Of a stretch of DNA of 56,029 nucleotides, positions 11,988 through 23,110 are shown piece after piece. The stretch is from NCBI GenBank assembly GCA_008632985.1, contig QPGO01000010.1, positions 868,001 to 924,029 on the forward strand, read 5' to 3'. A model generated the notes under the pieces. That model saw only the letters and a program-made list of their open reading frames with translations. It made no database searches and was not told the origin of the DNA. Origin of the DNA: Psammoneis japonica (Eukaryota). The position numbers and the translations under genes were made by a program. Within the stretch, counting starts at the first letter, position 1. Each line of letters starts with the position of its first letter.

Positions 11988-12660
11988 CGTGGTTCGAAGT
12001 AGATTACAATTCGGTGATTCATTCCAAAGAGCAGAAACAATTCAGAAATCTCCAGTACTGTCGACTCAGGCGACTGTAAAATCGGTTGGAGCCAATTCTT
12101 GTCTATTGTGAATTGTCTCATCCTGACTCGCTGTCTCGACGCTACTTGCTTGGGCACGATTTGCGCTTAGAACCAAAGATATTGATGGAACAGTTGCTGC
12201 TCCATTTGATCCGGTCACCTTCTTTATAGGTACTTTGATATGGTGATCCTCTCGTCGTGGACGTTTGGACTCAGTGAAAACTTGAGACTTACCCCAATTT
12301 TGCTTTGTCCATATGTGTTGTCACAGAGGAGGCAAGTCGGGATCTTCTTCAGTTTCTATCTCAAAGCTGTCCCAAAGGATGTGTTGTGCTGCTGTACGTC
12401 CCAATAATGGGGTCTGACCCTTTCGGAAGAGTGATGGAACAGAATCTCCTTGTTTCGGATGAATCGTGCCTCCTTCGAACACGAACACTCCACGATCAGC
12501 TGGCAAAGATGGTGGCTTGCGGTTTTGACCACGCCGTTGGATGTGACAAAGTGGAGTGCTTATTAATACGCGACCGTGGTGACGCCGGAGCAACGCCGTC
12601 GAGCCAATCAATGTGACTTTTTAGACGAAAAGGCATTATTGTCTGCTTGTATGCTGCAAG
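11988..12660 (+). pseudogene. Leucine carboxyl methyltransferase (LCMT1/PPM1-like) remnant, 5'-truncated and frameshifted
   Basis: LCMT-like motifs in the expected order across different frames: WFEVDY..VIHSK, YLLGHDLR, Y.PIMGSDPFGRVMEQNL, TL..QL..M...GF..A.GCD and HYCLLV. They are interrupted by stops and frameshifts. Confidence 0.7.
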
Positions 12661-12900
12661 TCACACAACAGTTTCGGACGAGCTTTCACAAAAGTTGGGC
12701 CTTCATCTCCCATTGGTTTTGTTGACGGTCGGTGTCACCTGGCTACCACGCCGTGACTGGCTTTCAATCTCTAATGAAGACATAGCTAGAGTAGGCTCGA
12801 GTAGACTAACTTTCATTCCTGCGATAAAATCTTCAGATCTACGCATCTTCGGGCTTTTCTTGCTTACCGGAAAGCTTGTAACCGAATCGATTCTGATGTC

Positions 12901-13782
12901 TTAGTCGTTGCGTTCTAGTACGCTCCTCTCGTACAAAGGTGATGGTGGAAAGAAGTTGGGAGAGGGGAGGAATAGTCTGTACAGATCCATGTTGTTTGCC
13001 ACAAAGAATGGCTCCAGACCTTGACGCACGCTCCTACGACGTATTGATGCATCCACCTGCTGCTCCTTGGTACAGCTCGGGACGGTGACTTCCCGGTGAG
13101 ATGCGGCACTTAAACTCATGTCGTGATTGATTACAGAGGACGGATAGGCAGAAGGCAAGCCAACCGCACATTCTGTTAGGGTAAATTCAACCGCACGAAG
13201 AAAATGTAGAATTTTGGAGGACTTTGTACAAAGTTTCTGCCGGAGGTAATGTCCATGTGGTCTTCGTCGTGGGATCGACATCGAGTTGGATGTGTCTGTG
13301 CAAGAGGAAGCAACGAGACTGTTATGGATTCTTCGAGTACCATACCTAAAGCTACCAGTGCAGATTGATCAAACGATCAAAACAATGGGTGGGCCGCGTG
13401 ATTTCGCTGTGCCGCCTTCCTCGTTGGTTTCTGTTGAACGTTGCGCTTTCCCCGCGAGATTCAGGAACAGATACTTAGACCTCTTCTGTTCTTTCAAAAA
13501 GTTGTCAAAAAGGCGATACGTTTCGTCGTCACTTCCATAAGTCCACCTGCCCTCTTGCCACGGAAGTCGTTTCGGTTTTCTGGTTTTGGGCGAATTCTCG
13601 TCAGCAGAAACATCATTTTTGGCCAAGAAACGATGCTTCAACCAAGTGCAGTTGCTCTGATATTGTAAACGAGGTCGTCGAATCAATGACCAAGCCTGCT
13701 CTTCTGCACGTTCTGAGATGAACTTGAGGTGTGATGGTCGCAACGGAGAGTCGGATAAAAAAAAGGTGATTATTTGAATCAT
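12901..13782 (-). pseudogene. Possible degenerate or spliced gene of unknown function (duplicate at 38410-39291)
   Basis: Protein-like segments (RLPWQEGRWTYGSDDETYRLFDNFLKEQKRSKYLFLNL) in normal-composition DNA, broken into 137-aa and 126-aa ORFs. No family recognised. Confidence 0.3.
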
Positions 13783-14095
13783 TGTTTGATGTTTCGGGGA
13801 CCGGCATTGATTCTATAAGACCTCTTCAGAAAGGTGGTTCGTCGGATTACTGTTGCTTTCTCCAGAGTAAGTACAGTGAGTGGCCCACCCAACAAGGGAG
13901 CTGATCTCCTTCACTGGCATCGACTGAAAGCACAATCCTCGCCAGCCCAAGAAGAATCAGCGAATGTGTTCCAATCTACATAGTCTCTCTTTGTATCGCT
14001 CAGTTTTTTGTCCGTATCCTCACTATCTTCAGGAGCCCGAGAAGCGACATTTCGTGGTTTGTTGGGTCTGTTAGAGTTTCTTTCATAAAAAAAAG

Positions 14096-15007
14096 TCAAC
14101 TATCCATGGTACATATCCTTTCACAGTAGCGTTCAACTAATCCCTTACAGATTGATGGCGGTTCAAAATCGAAAAAGCAGTAGTCTTGCTTCACATGTTT
14201 GCAGATTCTCAAAATAACCGCGGGACTGACATCGTGATGGAGATTATGAAATCTCATCTTTTTCCGATTTCTCAAGGACACGTTTCTTACAAGAGACTCA
14301 TTCCAGTGCATGCGATGGATTTGGAAAAACATCTTTATATCCTTCATCTCACCAACAAATTTGATCCGATCCAGGTAGCGGAGTGGCTCGGTTCTATGAA
14401 TCAAATATTCTATTTGAGGCGCTGTGTGGCGAAAGCAAATGTTTCCTCGCGCCTTGTTTAGGAATTCCAAAACTGATTGGTTGGAGTAGGCAAAATGAAA
14501 TGATGTTGGCTGCTGGCGAAGGGCGCATTCCTTGAATCCAGCGAAAAAGTGATCTATTGGATCTCGAACAAACGTAAAGAGGTCATGGGTTGCGTACACG
14601 GGATTTTCCCTCGACAAAACGAAGGAAGATAGATTGCACTGACGAGATATAGTTGTCCCTCCTGCCTTGAGGATGTGGATGTAAGCCCATCTATCATTGC
14701 AGTCACAAAGGTGCTCACTGTTGAAGTCCCGTCTTGTTTGGACGGCATACTTTCGAATGCAGGGAAGATTTCGATTCCATGACTTGCTTTGCAAGAAAAA
14801 GGCATTACGAGTTGTAGTGTTTGCCGATAAAACCAGGTCGCCCGTCATGCCAACGACAGATGATTCTAGCTCGGAGGAAGCCGCACCATTGTTTTTGTCT
14901 TTGTCCGCCTCCGCAAAGATCACGCCAAACACTACGAGATACTGCACGGTTACAAATGCTAGGATGAGCAGGGGAATAACTGATTTTCCTTTAGCGGCAC
15001 CAAACAT
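14096..15007 (-). CDS. Type II membrane (Golgi-type) sulfotransferase-family protein, ~303 aa
   Basis: Likely start ATG at 15007 (MFGAAKGK). Signal anchor VIPLLILAFVTVQYLVVFGVIFA, 5'-PSB-like YIHILKAGGTTI, 3'-PB-like FTFVRDPIDHF and C-terminal DYCFFDF. Confidence 0.85.
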   Translation of the reverse strand: MFGAAKGKSVIPLLILAFVTVQYLVVFGVIFAEADKDKNNGAASSELESSVVGMTGDLVLSANTTTRNAFFLQSKSWNRNLPCIRKYAVQTRRDFNSEHLCDCNDRWAYIHILKAGGTTISRQCNLSSFVLSRENPVYATHDLFTFVRDPIDHFFAGFKECALRQQPTSFHFAYSNQSVLEFLNKARGNICFRHTAPQIEYLIHRTEPLRYLDRIKFVGEMKDIKMFFQIHRMHWNESLVRNVSLRNRKKMRFHNLHHDVSPAVILRICKHVKQDYCFFDFEPPSICKGLVERYCERICTMDS

Positions 15008-18000
15008 TTTCTTCTCCAACGAAAGAAGCGGCACCAAAGGAACGACGCTTTCGGTACAGCATACAGAAGAAATGATGCTTTGCTTTGTTCTTTCTATCAC
15101 AAGAGTCTCTATTTCAAACGGAATTTTGCCAACAGCTCGGTTGGCAAAAATGACCGTCAGAATAGGTTGGGAACCTGTCCCGAAAATCTCGATTCAAACA
15201 GACGCAAAGACAAAAGACCTCCTACTCGAGTTGCACGCAACAAACTGCGGCGCAGCACAATGATGAGTGCCGCCGGTGTCACCGTAGGCATTTTGATATC
15301 TCAACGAGTCTTTCACCGATTTTCCAGTTTCTTGTTTCATTCTTAGCGATAATTTCACAATCTGTCCGATTGGTTTTGGTCCCATTGTGTGTCAATTTCA
15401 AGTTTCAAGGTCAGAAAGAATGACACCCAAAATGACCCTTCAACCGCAGCAACGATGACCGATGAGGTGGCTGGACCTGGACGAGATGGGCGCTCGTGCT
15501 ATGCCAGTGTGTTGGACAGATCGATTAGATGTAGATGCGATGCATGTGGATGCATGAGATGTTCTGGTCCCTTCTCTGGCTGAAAATCAGCATGTTCCTC
15601 CTCCCCCTCCTGTGCAGACGAATGAGGGTGTGGCCACCTCCCATGAGGAGACCAGGGGGCGTGACTGAAACAGAGCTTGGTCTGCTTGGCACACAGCTCT
15701 TCTCAAATCACGATGTTGCAAGGCCATGCTGACACATCTCTTTGGCTTTGGACTTTAAAAATCAATGAAAAAACAAGCAGTTTTGCTTGTCAGAAAGTGT
15801 GCAAGAGCACCACAAAATTTGTGGCACAAGTTGTGGAGAGAACAAGTTGTGGAGAGCTTCTTCATGAAACACCTTCGCTGGGCTGGGAAGCACAGGGCCA
15901 TGGAAACAGTCTCTGGATGAGTTGAAAGTTGCCAGAAGTGCAGCTCTGTCATGGCAGAGTCTGTTGCAAAGATCATCAATGTTCTGAGCATCCCCCCTCC
16001 CTTCTCACTCAGGCCTGGCAGCTCCAATTTGTTGCGCTTTCAGATTCTGTCTGTCTGCAGGGTCTGGCACCTGCAAAAAGATTTCCAAATTTCTCTTCAT
16101 CTTCAGAGCAGAGTCAAGCCAAGTGCTTTCTGTGCTGGCAATGATGGGCTTGGCATGCCCCATGTGCCAGCAATGACAGCACATTTTTCTTTGAAGTGTG
16201 CGCCAATGAAGCCAAGGAGCCAACTTGCACCAAGTGGTGCCAAGGTGGTGCAGCGACCCCTTTGAAGAAGGCTTTTTCCCAGCATCTTCATGTTTGGGGC
16301 TGTTTGAGATGATTTTGTCATGAATGACAGCACTCGCCAACTGTGGGCAGCATTGTGTTTGGAAGTGAGTGGATTGAGCAGTTGATGCACACCTGTGCAG
16401 ATGGACTTTGCTTTGCCAACATCATTGTGCTCCCCAACAAAAGCTGCTTGCTCCTCCCACTTGTCCAAGAATCTTCTCACTGCACAATGATGCCACACTT
16501 GGCAAATTGCTTGAAGTGGAGCTTTGCACGGTGGTCGTCATCCATCTTCTGGATCAAACAGGTCAAGTTGAAAGCAACATTTGTGCCCTTCTGAAGGGCA
16601 GAACAAACAAGTTTTGAACCTGTCATCCATGGAAAAAATGTTGAGAATGTGTGGGTTGGCTCTGGCATGAGAGCATCAGACAACAGGCTGGGTTGTGAGA
16701 ATCACAGCACTCATTGCACTGAACATGTGCACTGCTGTGAGCAATGTTCTCTGTTGACAAATCTTTTTCTTCAGCTGCAGGAGGACATTTGAGTGCCTGT
16801 GGTGACCCCAGCAACTGCTGCTCCTCTCCTGCCCACTGTTCCTCAATCCTCAAGCAAGTCTCCCTGCTGTCATGAACAAATTTGGACACCAAGCCTTGCA
16901 ATGTGCTGACCTCCTCAAACTTGGTCCTCCAGTCCTCTGTTTCCAGCACCGTTTTCTCAAAACATGATGAGTTTGGTGCACAATTCATGTTGGCACCAAA
17001 GTCAACCCACATCAGTCCTCTGGAGACAATTTGTCTGCACAGCATTGATGTTGCAACCATCCGCAGCTTCTGCACTTGCCCGGTTCTTTCATGTGCTTGC
17101 AACCTGGCATGAGCATGATGATCTCTTGCAGACACATTGGTCATTGCTGGGCACACTTTCCTAAAACCATGCATTGCCCACTGCGCATCATGGTCTTGAA
17201 AATCAGCACTGCTTGAGCAAGACAAGGGCAGGACAACTTGGTCAGTTTGGGTGGCTGCCAGATGCTTTGTGCAAAGTCCAGCAGCATGTTGCCTCTTCCT
17301 TTCTTCATCAACAACTCCCAGCCCCAATGTTTGCAAACACAACCCAAGTCTTTGCAGCTCCTTGCAACATCAGCAATGTCTTCTCAAAACCCAGAACCTT
17401 GTTGCAGCAGGGGTGCACCACCTTTTGGCAGTGAAGATGTGTCGCCCAGTTTGCAGAAAAGGACAAACTCAGCACTTTGACACCTGGGTGTCTTTGCCTT
17501 TTTGACTTTGGTGTCAGAGTCCCTGACTGAACACTGTCAACAAAGACTCCAACACCTTGACCAACACAGTGTGCCATGACAGCAGCAGCATTTGCATCAA
17601 TGGCATCACACACAAACTCTTCTTGTGTCATCTCACAACAAGTGTCAACAGCTGGCACTGTGCTCTGAAAACTCCACAGCTTGGCTCAAATTCTCCAAAT
17701 GAAATGACTCAACAAAGCAAGCTGCAGTTTTCTTGTAGAAAGTTTTTGTTCCAAAGAGGTGTGATTTTCCTTCAAGGTTGTGCCACTTGTTGTTGTGTTG
17801 CCCAACTTGACAAGGTCAGATGGCAGCAGCTTGCTGCGGTCATTTGTGCCATGAAGACTCATTGTGTGCCATGGTGGTGGCTGGTGTTGACTTGAACAAC
17901 AACCACTCATTAACTCTAAAATCAACTTTGCTTGCTTGGGAGTTTGCTTGGTGTTGCCAAGTGTGTTCCCTGCAGCAGCGGGTGTGGTGGTGGAAGGGCC

Positions 18001-18365
18001 CACTTTGACTTCAGCAGCTGCTTCTGCTGCTTCTTGTGTGGGTTTGGCAAAGTGTGTGCCCCCATCATTTTCTGTTGCATTGGTTGCACACCTGTGTTGT
18101 TGCACAACAGCTGCCTGCACTCCAGAGAATGAGCCAGGTCAGTGACCAAATTTGGTGAGCAGGTGAGCAGCAGCACTTTCTCTGGCAGCTCCAATTTGCT
18201 GATGCAAAAGACTGAGTTCAGCCACCAAAAACTGAGTGTGCTGATTTGCACTTGAGCTGCATGATGATGATTGCTCTTCAGACAATGGGCCAAGTCAGTG
18301 ACCAAACTTTGTGCATGGGTGTGCAACAGCATTTTCTCCAGCAGCTCCAACAGGTTGGTGCAGTG

Positions 18366-18537
18366 TGTCACGGTCAGCTGTAGAGCTCGTAGGACAGACG
18401 GACAGACGGACGGATGGACAGACGGAGCTCATTCGCACTGACTCAGAGAGATGATGTCGAAGATTCTCTGACGTAGCTAGCTCATAGACCACAGAGTAGT
18501 CGCAAGCCTCTTTAGCTCACAACATCTACACAAGACA
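18366..18537 (+). mobile_element. 172-bp LTR of a Ty1/Copia-type retrotransposon (copy B 43866-44037)
   Basis: Termini TGTC...GACA form an inverted pair. It is followed directly by GGTTGTGTAGCCC, which resembles the copia half-tRNA-Met PBS GGTTATG(G/A)GCCC with a TA->TG change, and then by a gag-like ORF. Confidence 0.7.
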
Positions 18538-18601
18538 GGTTGTGTAGCCCTCGTTGCCTCTGCAACCTTTTTGACAACAAACACCACCAACACCCACCAC
18601 C

Positions 18602-19757
18602 ATGGCACCACCCTCCAGCACCAAACGCACTGGCAAGTCCAAATCGGGCAAGGGCTCTTCTGAATCGCAGAAGCCCAGCGCCACCGCGACGCCCTCGCCA
18701 TCTCGCAATGCAGGGTTGGCCGGCATGGAGCGCGTCCCTCGAAAGAAGGGTGGGAAAGTCGACACGGCTCTCGATGAACTCATCGAACATGCGCCCAAAA
18801 AGGCGCCGCGTGATGACGATGTCGACCATCAGAACCCTGATGGCAACGCACTTAAGGACGATGACGTGCGTGACAATGACGGCATTGCAAAACTCATGTC
18901 AGTGACGAACTCGGATGATGTGGACGTTTCTGACGATGACAGTGTCTCGTCTGACAAGTCCGACAAGTCCAACGCGGAAACCCCCGCAAGCGCACCAAAA
19001 AGCACTTGTCTGAGCGCAAGCACGAGAGGCTTGCCGCCCGCATTGACGAAGTCACTGCGGCTGCATGCGCTGACAAGCGCATTGCACAACCAGCTAAACC
19101 GCTAGAAGACAAATTGACTGTGTCCCCTGAGTCATTCTTTGGCTTCCTCTTTTGTCTTGAGGAACGTCTTCAGAGCTCCCCTGTGTGGGCGAAAGTCATG
19201 AAGCTCAACAACGGCATGTCTTTGACAAAAAACTTTGCCAAAGTGGAAGCGCATGTTTTCGAATTCCCAGCTGATGTGCCATGGGGTGTTGAAACCGACG
19301 AGGTCATCGCCAAGAAATCCGATGGCCAGACATCCATGCATTTCGCGCAACGTGCGCTCAAGGCCCTGCTTGTTGCCTCGTGTGACAAAGAGCTGCGTCA
19401 GGCGATTGCGTCCGATGAAAATGTCATGGATCATCTCCATGAGGATGGCGCAATGTGCTTCTGCCACGGCTTCAAGCAGCTGTTCCCGTCGCCCGAGATG
19501 TGTGTTAGCGGCATCCAGACAAAATTGTCTGAGGCAGGTTTCTCTCATTGACGATTGCGATGGCAATGTCAACGCGCACATGCATGAGTTCAGGCAGCAC
19601 CTCCGCCTGGTTCACAAGCATGATGACATGCTCGAGCACACTCTCGTCGAGAAAGCCTTCAACGAACTCCAAACCGCCGCATGCAAGCCATTCGCAGCCA
19701 AGATGGCCGAGCATGAGACCGATTGGATGCGCAAGAAACACGTTAAATGGACCGTCA
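18602..19757 (+). mobile_element. Frameshifted, 3'-truncated gag-like ORF of the LTR element
   Basis: ATG at 18602 shortly after the PBS. Basic/acidic low-complexity N-terminus followed by a helical domain with IDDCDGNVNAHMHEFRQ (IDDYDGNV... after reversing TA loss). No pol or 3' LTR seen. Confidence 0.6.
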
Positions 19758-22700
19758 CAGCAAATCAAATTTTTGCTGGTCTTCACCCAAGCACACAACA
19801 GACAAAGCACACAATGAATCAAGTGGAGCAAAGCCAAGCAACACCAAGTCTTCAAAGTGCAAAATGTGTCATGTCTGGAGAAGCTTGGGCTTGAAAACAA
19901 AACCTTGATCTTGACTTGGCTGACTTGAGAACTCAACTTGGTTTTTGGCTTGAGGCTTGGTCCGTGTTGCAGGTCAGAAGCTTTTCCACACCATGCCATC
20001 CCACACACAGATCACATTTTGTCCAGTCATTTTTGCCAAACAGCTGATGATCAATGATTGCCACACATGCCAGAAACTGCAATCTCTGGCAGGTGATGAC
20101 AAAACTGTCTGGTGCTGAATCCTGCATGGGCACAATCATGTGTGACAAACCCAGTTCTTCCTTGAGCCAGCAAGGTGTGGTGGGTGCAGGCTGTGGTTTT
20201 GGTGCTGGGGCAGGGCCAGTCACAGGAGCAGGTGTTGTTGCTGTTGGCTGGTGATGGGTTGGGGTGTGGGAAGAGGAGATGTGGGGTGCGACATTGGCAG
20301 AATGTTGCCAGGGATGCTGCAGGGATTTGGTTTGCCTCCAAGTGATTTCCAAAGCCAGCGGTGCCAGGTCATCCAGATTGACAAGAGACTGGACAGCTGA
20401 CTTGATGCTGAGGTGGCCTCAATGATGCACAGACTTGCTGCTGATCTTTTGGGTGAAGGCTTGCTTCTGAGGATGTTGGATCTGGACCAACACGTTGTGG
20501 TGTGTCAGTTGGTGTGTGTTGCTCTGTGCCACACATGCAGTGAGTGAGCTGATCAGATGGAACCCAAGAGTTTGCCAATGTTCTGGAGATGAGTTGAAGG
20601 GCTGGTCATGTGCAATGTGTTGGGATGAGCTGACAACTTCTCCTCCTCTGTTTTTGTTGTCTGCAATCTGCACTCAGTGACTCCAAGCAAGGCAATGAAA
20701 ACTTTGGAAAGTCAGCAGGTTTGGCCTTTTGGCAAGGGCAGCTCCCAGCCTTTCCAAACCTCATGGCAAAGCTTCTTGCACAAAACAGCAGTGTTTTCCC
20801 AACTGCCAACTTGTGGCGTCCTCTCTCTGCTGCTTTTTTGCAGATCTTGCCTGCAGCCATTCTCAGCAACAGGCTCCAGAGCAGGACACCAAGTTCTGTT
20901 GGGTGAGCAGCCTTCTCCCATGATGGTGGATGGCATGAGAGGCAAGGTCTCAGCTGGTGAGATGCCTGGAGCTGCTGTGTGGGTGCAGACACCTGCTGGC
21001 CATGTTCCAGCTCTGGGCAGGACCTCATGCTGCTGGACTGTGGCACGAATGTTCTTTGTTGTGCTTCACATGTCATGCAATCACACTTTGGTGGTGTTTT
21101 GCATCATTTTGCAGCACAATTGTTGGGCAATCCATGCAACAATTTTCATCCATGCAACAATTTTCAACACATTTTTACACAAAGCTGCTCTTGAAAGTCT
21201 GCAGAGTGGTGCAGTGCAGCTGGATTTTCAAAAATTGTGAGTGCAAGGAATTGTGATTGCACTGCAAACTTGGCCATTTGTTTGGACGTCAAAGACAAAC
21301 ATGGTTGTTGCTCAGCACACAAGCTGCAGAGCTTGTGCATGGAATTTGGGGGGGGGGGGGGGGGGGGGGAGGGCAGAGCACATTGCTGCAAAGGCATGTT
21401 GGGTTGGGAGCTGGAGGAGGCAACAAAAGTCAAGCAGGCAGGCCAGTGCAATTGTGAGCAGCTTGGGGTGTGTGGCTTGTTGCAGGGTGAGATGCAAGCA
21501 GTCCTGGAGGCTCCAGAGTTGGCTGTCATGTGAGTTGGTGGTTTTGCATGGCAAACATTGGTGGCAGAGTTGTTGGGCTGGGTGTTGGATCAGTCCCTGG
21601 AGGAAGACTTGGCTGCAGACTCAAACTTGACTGTGGACTTGGGTTGGGAGCAGGAGGAGGCAAAGGAGGCAGGACAGTCTGAGTTGGACTGGCATCAGGT
21701 TTGGTGTGCTCTTGGGTGTGGGCAGCAGGAGACACCAAGGAGGCAGATCAGGTGGGCCTGCAGATGAAGCAAGGTGTTGCAGCCTGGGTGTCATGTGATT
21801 TGATTGATGTGTGGATGAAGGTGTGCCAGATGTTGGACAGCTCAAAGTTTCAGATGGAGAAGTTGAGGGCAACATTGAAGGCATGAGAAGCAGAAATTGC
21901 TTGGTCCTGCTGAAGGCACATTGTCAGGGCTGAACAAGAACTCAGCACTGAAGACAGAGCAGCCAAGGCACTGTCAAGAAAGGGATGAAAGACAGAGCAG
22001 ATTGCTCAGTTTGGCTGAAAAAGTGCTGTTTTAAAGATGGGCCAAAGGTGATGCAGGCTTGGTGAAGGAGGGCCAGCCATTGAATCTGGTGTGCATGAGA
22101 TGGGTTGCACTTTGCCTGGGGCTGGGACCAGCCAGAGAGAGGAATGCTTGCCATTGTCAAAATGCTGAAATGGCACATGGATCCAATCTTCTTAGTTGCT
22201 GCAAAACCTTGCACATGCTGGCTGCAAAATGTTTGCTTGCAAAGCACTCAATGCCAAGCAGCGCGCAGTGCACTGGCACTTGACATTCAAATGATGTGGG
22301 CCTGAGCTGTGGCATCAACAGCTGTCACAACAATTTGGTTGCTGGCACACTGTCATCTCAAGCTTGCTCTTTGCTTGGACCACAAATGAACAATCCTGCA
22401 GCAATGGAAATGCTGGAAGTGCTGCTGTGTGTCCTCTTCACAAGGCCTTCATGGCAGATTCACAAGACACTTGTTCAGTCACAAATCAAACAGCACAAGG
22501 AGGACACAAGCCTGCTGCAGAAAGAGCTTGAGTGTTGGGCAAGTGCTCCATGTGCTTTTTCATGGGGGGGGGGGGGGAGAAATGTCAACAAGACAGCTGG
22601 CTCTCACACCACAAGGACAAAGTTGTTGTTCCAGCATTGCTGTGCAGGCAGAAGCGGGTGACTTGCTGGTGTCTTCCCCAGCTGTGCCATCCCAGAGAGA

Positions 22701-23110
22701 CACAACCTGAAATGTTGGTTGCCCAACACTTTTTCACTGGTGCTGCACACCAGCTGCAGCATGTTTCACAAAAGGGAAAATTGGGGTTGTGGGAAGTTGC
22801 CAGGGAAAAGGTGGCTAAAGTTTCCCCACAGGGACCCCATGCTGTGTGCAGAGACATGACAGGGGAGCACAGCACGGTCAAGGAAAAAGGAAAAAAAACT
22901 GCACGTTTGATTGACTCCACAAAAAGCTGGTTTGAGGTCACTGGCACATCTGCAAAGTGCGCTGACATTGTGTCCAGTGTTGTTGAGCAACAAGCATGGC
23001 CACACAGATGTGGACAACCAAGAAATGAAATCTTCAACAGAGGAGCTGATCTTTTCATGATCTTTTTCAGTCAAACAACACAAAAGGACTTGCCTTCAAA
23101 AGAAACCCTC

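Noticed and set aside
15008..15100. N-terminal extension MIERTKQS... of the sulfotransferase
   Set aside because: Non-ATG start. The first in-frame ATG is at 15007, just before the signal anchor.
20400..21200. Possible non-LTR retrotransposon C-terminal remnant on the minus strand
   Set aside because: Only a vague resemblance. No RT, endonuclease or RNase H motif could be read with confidence.
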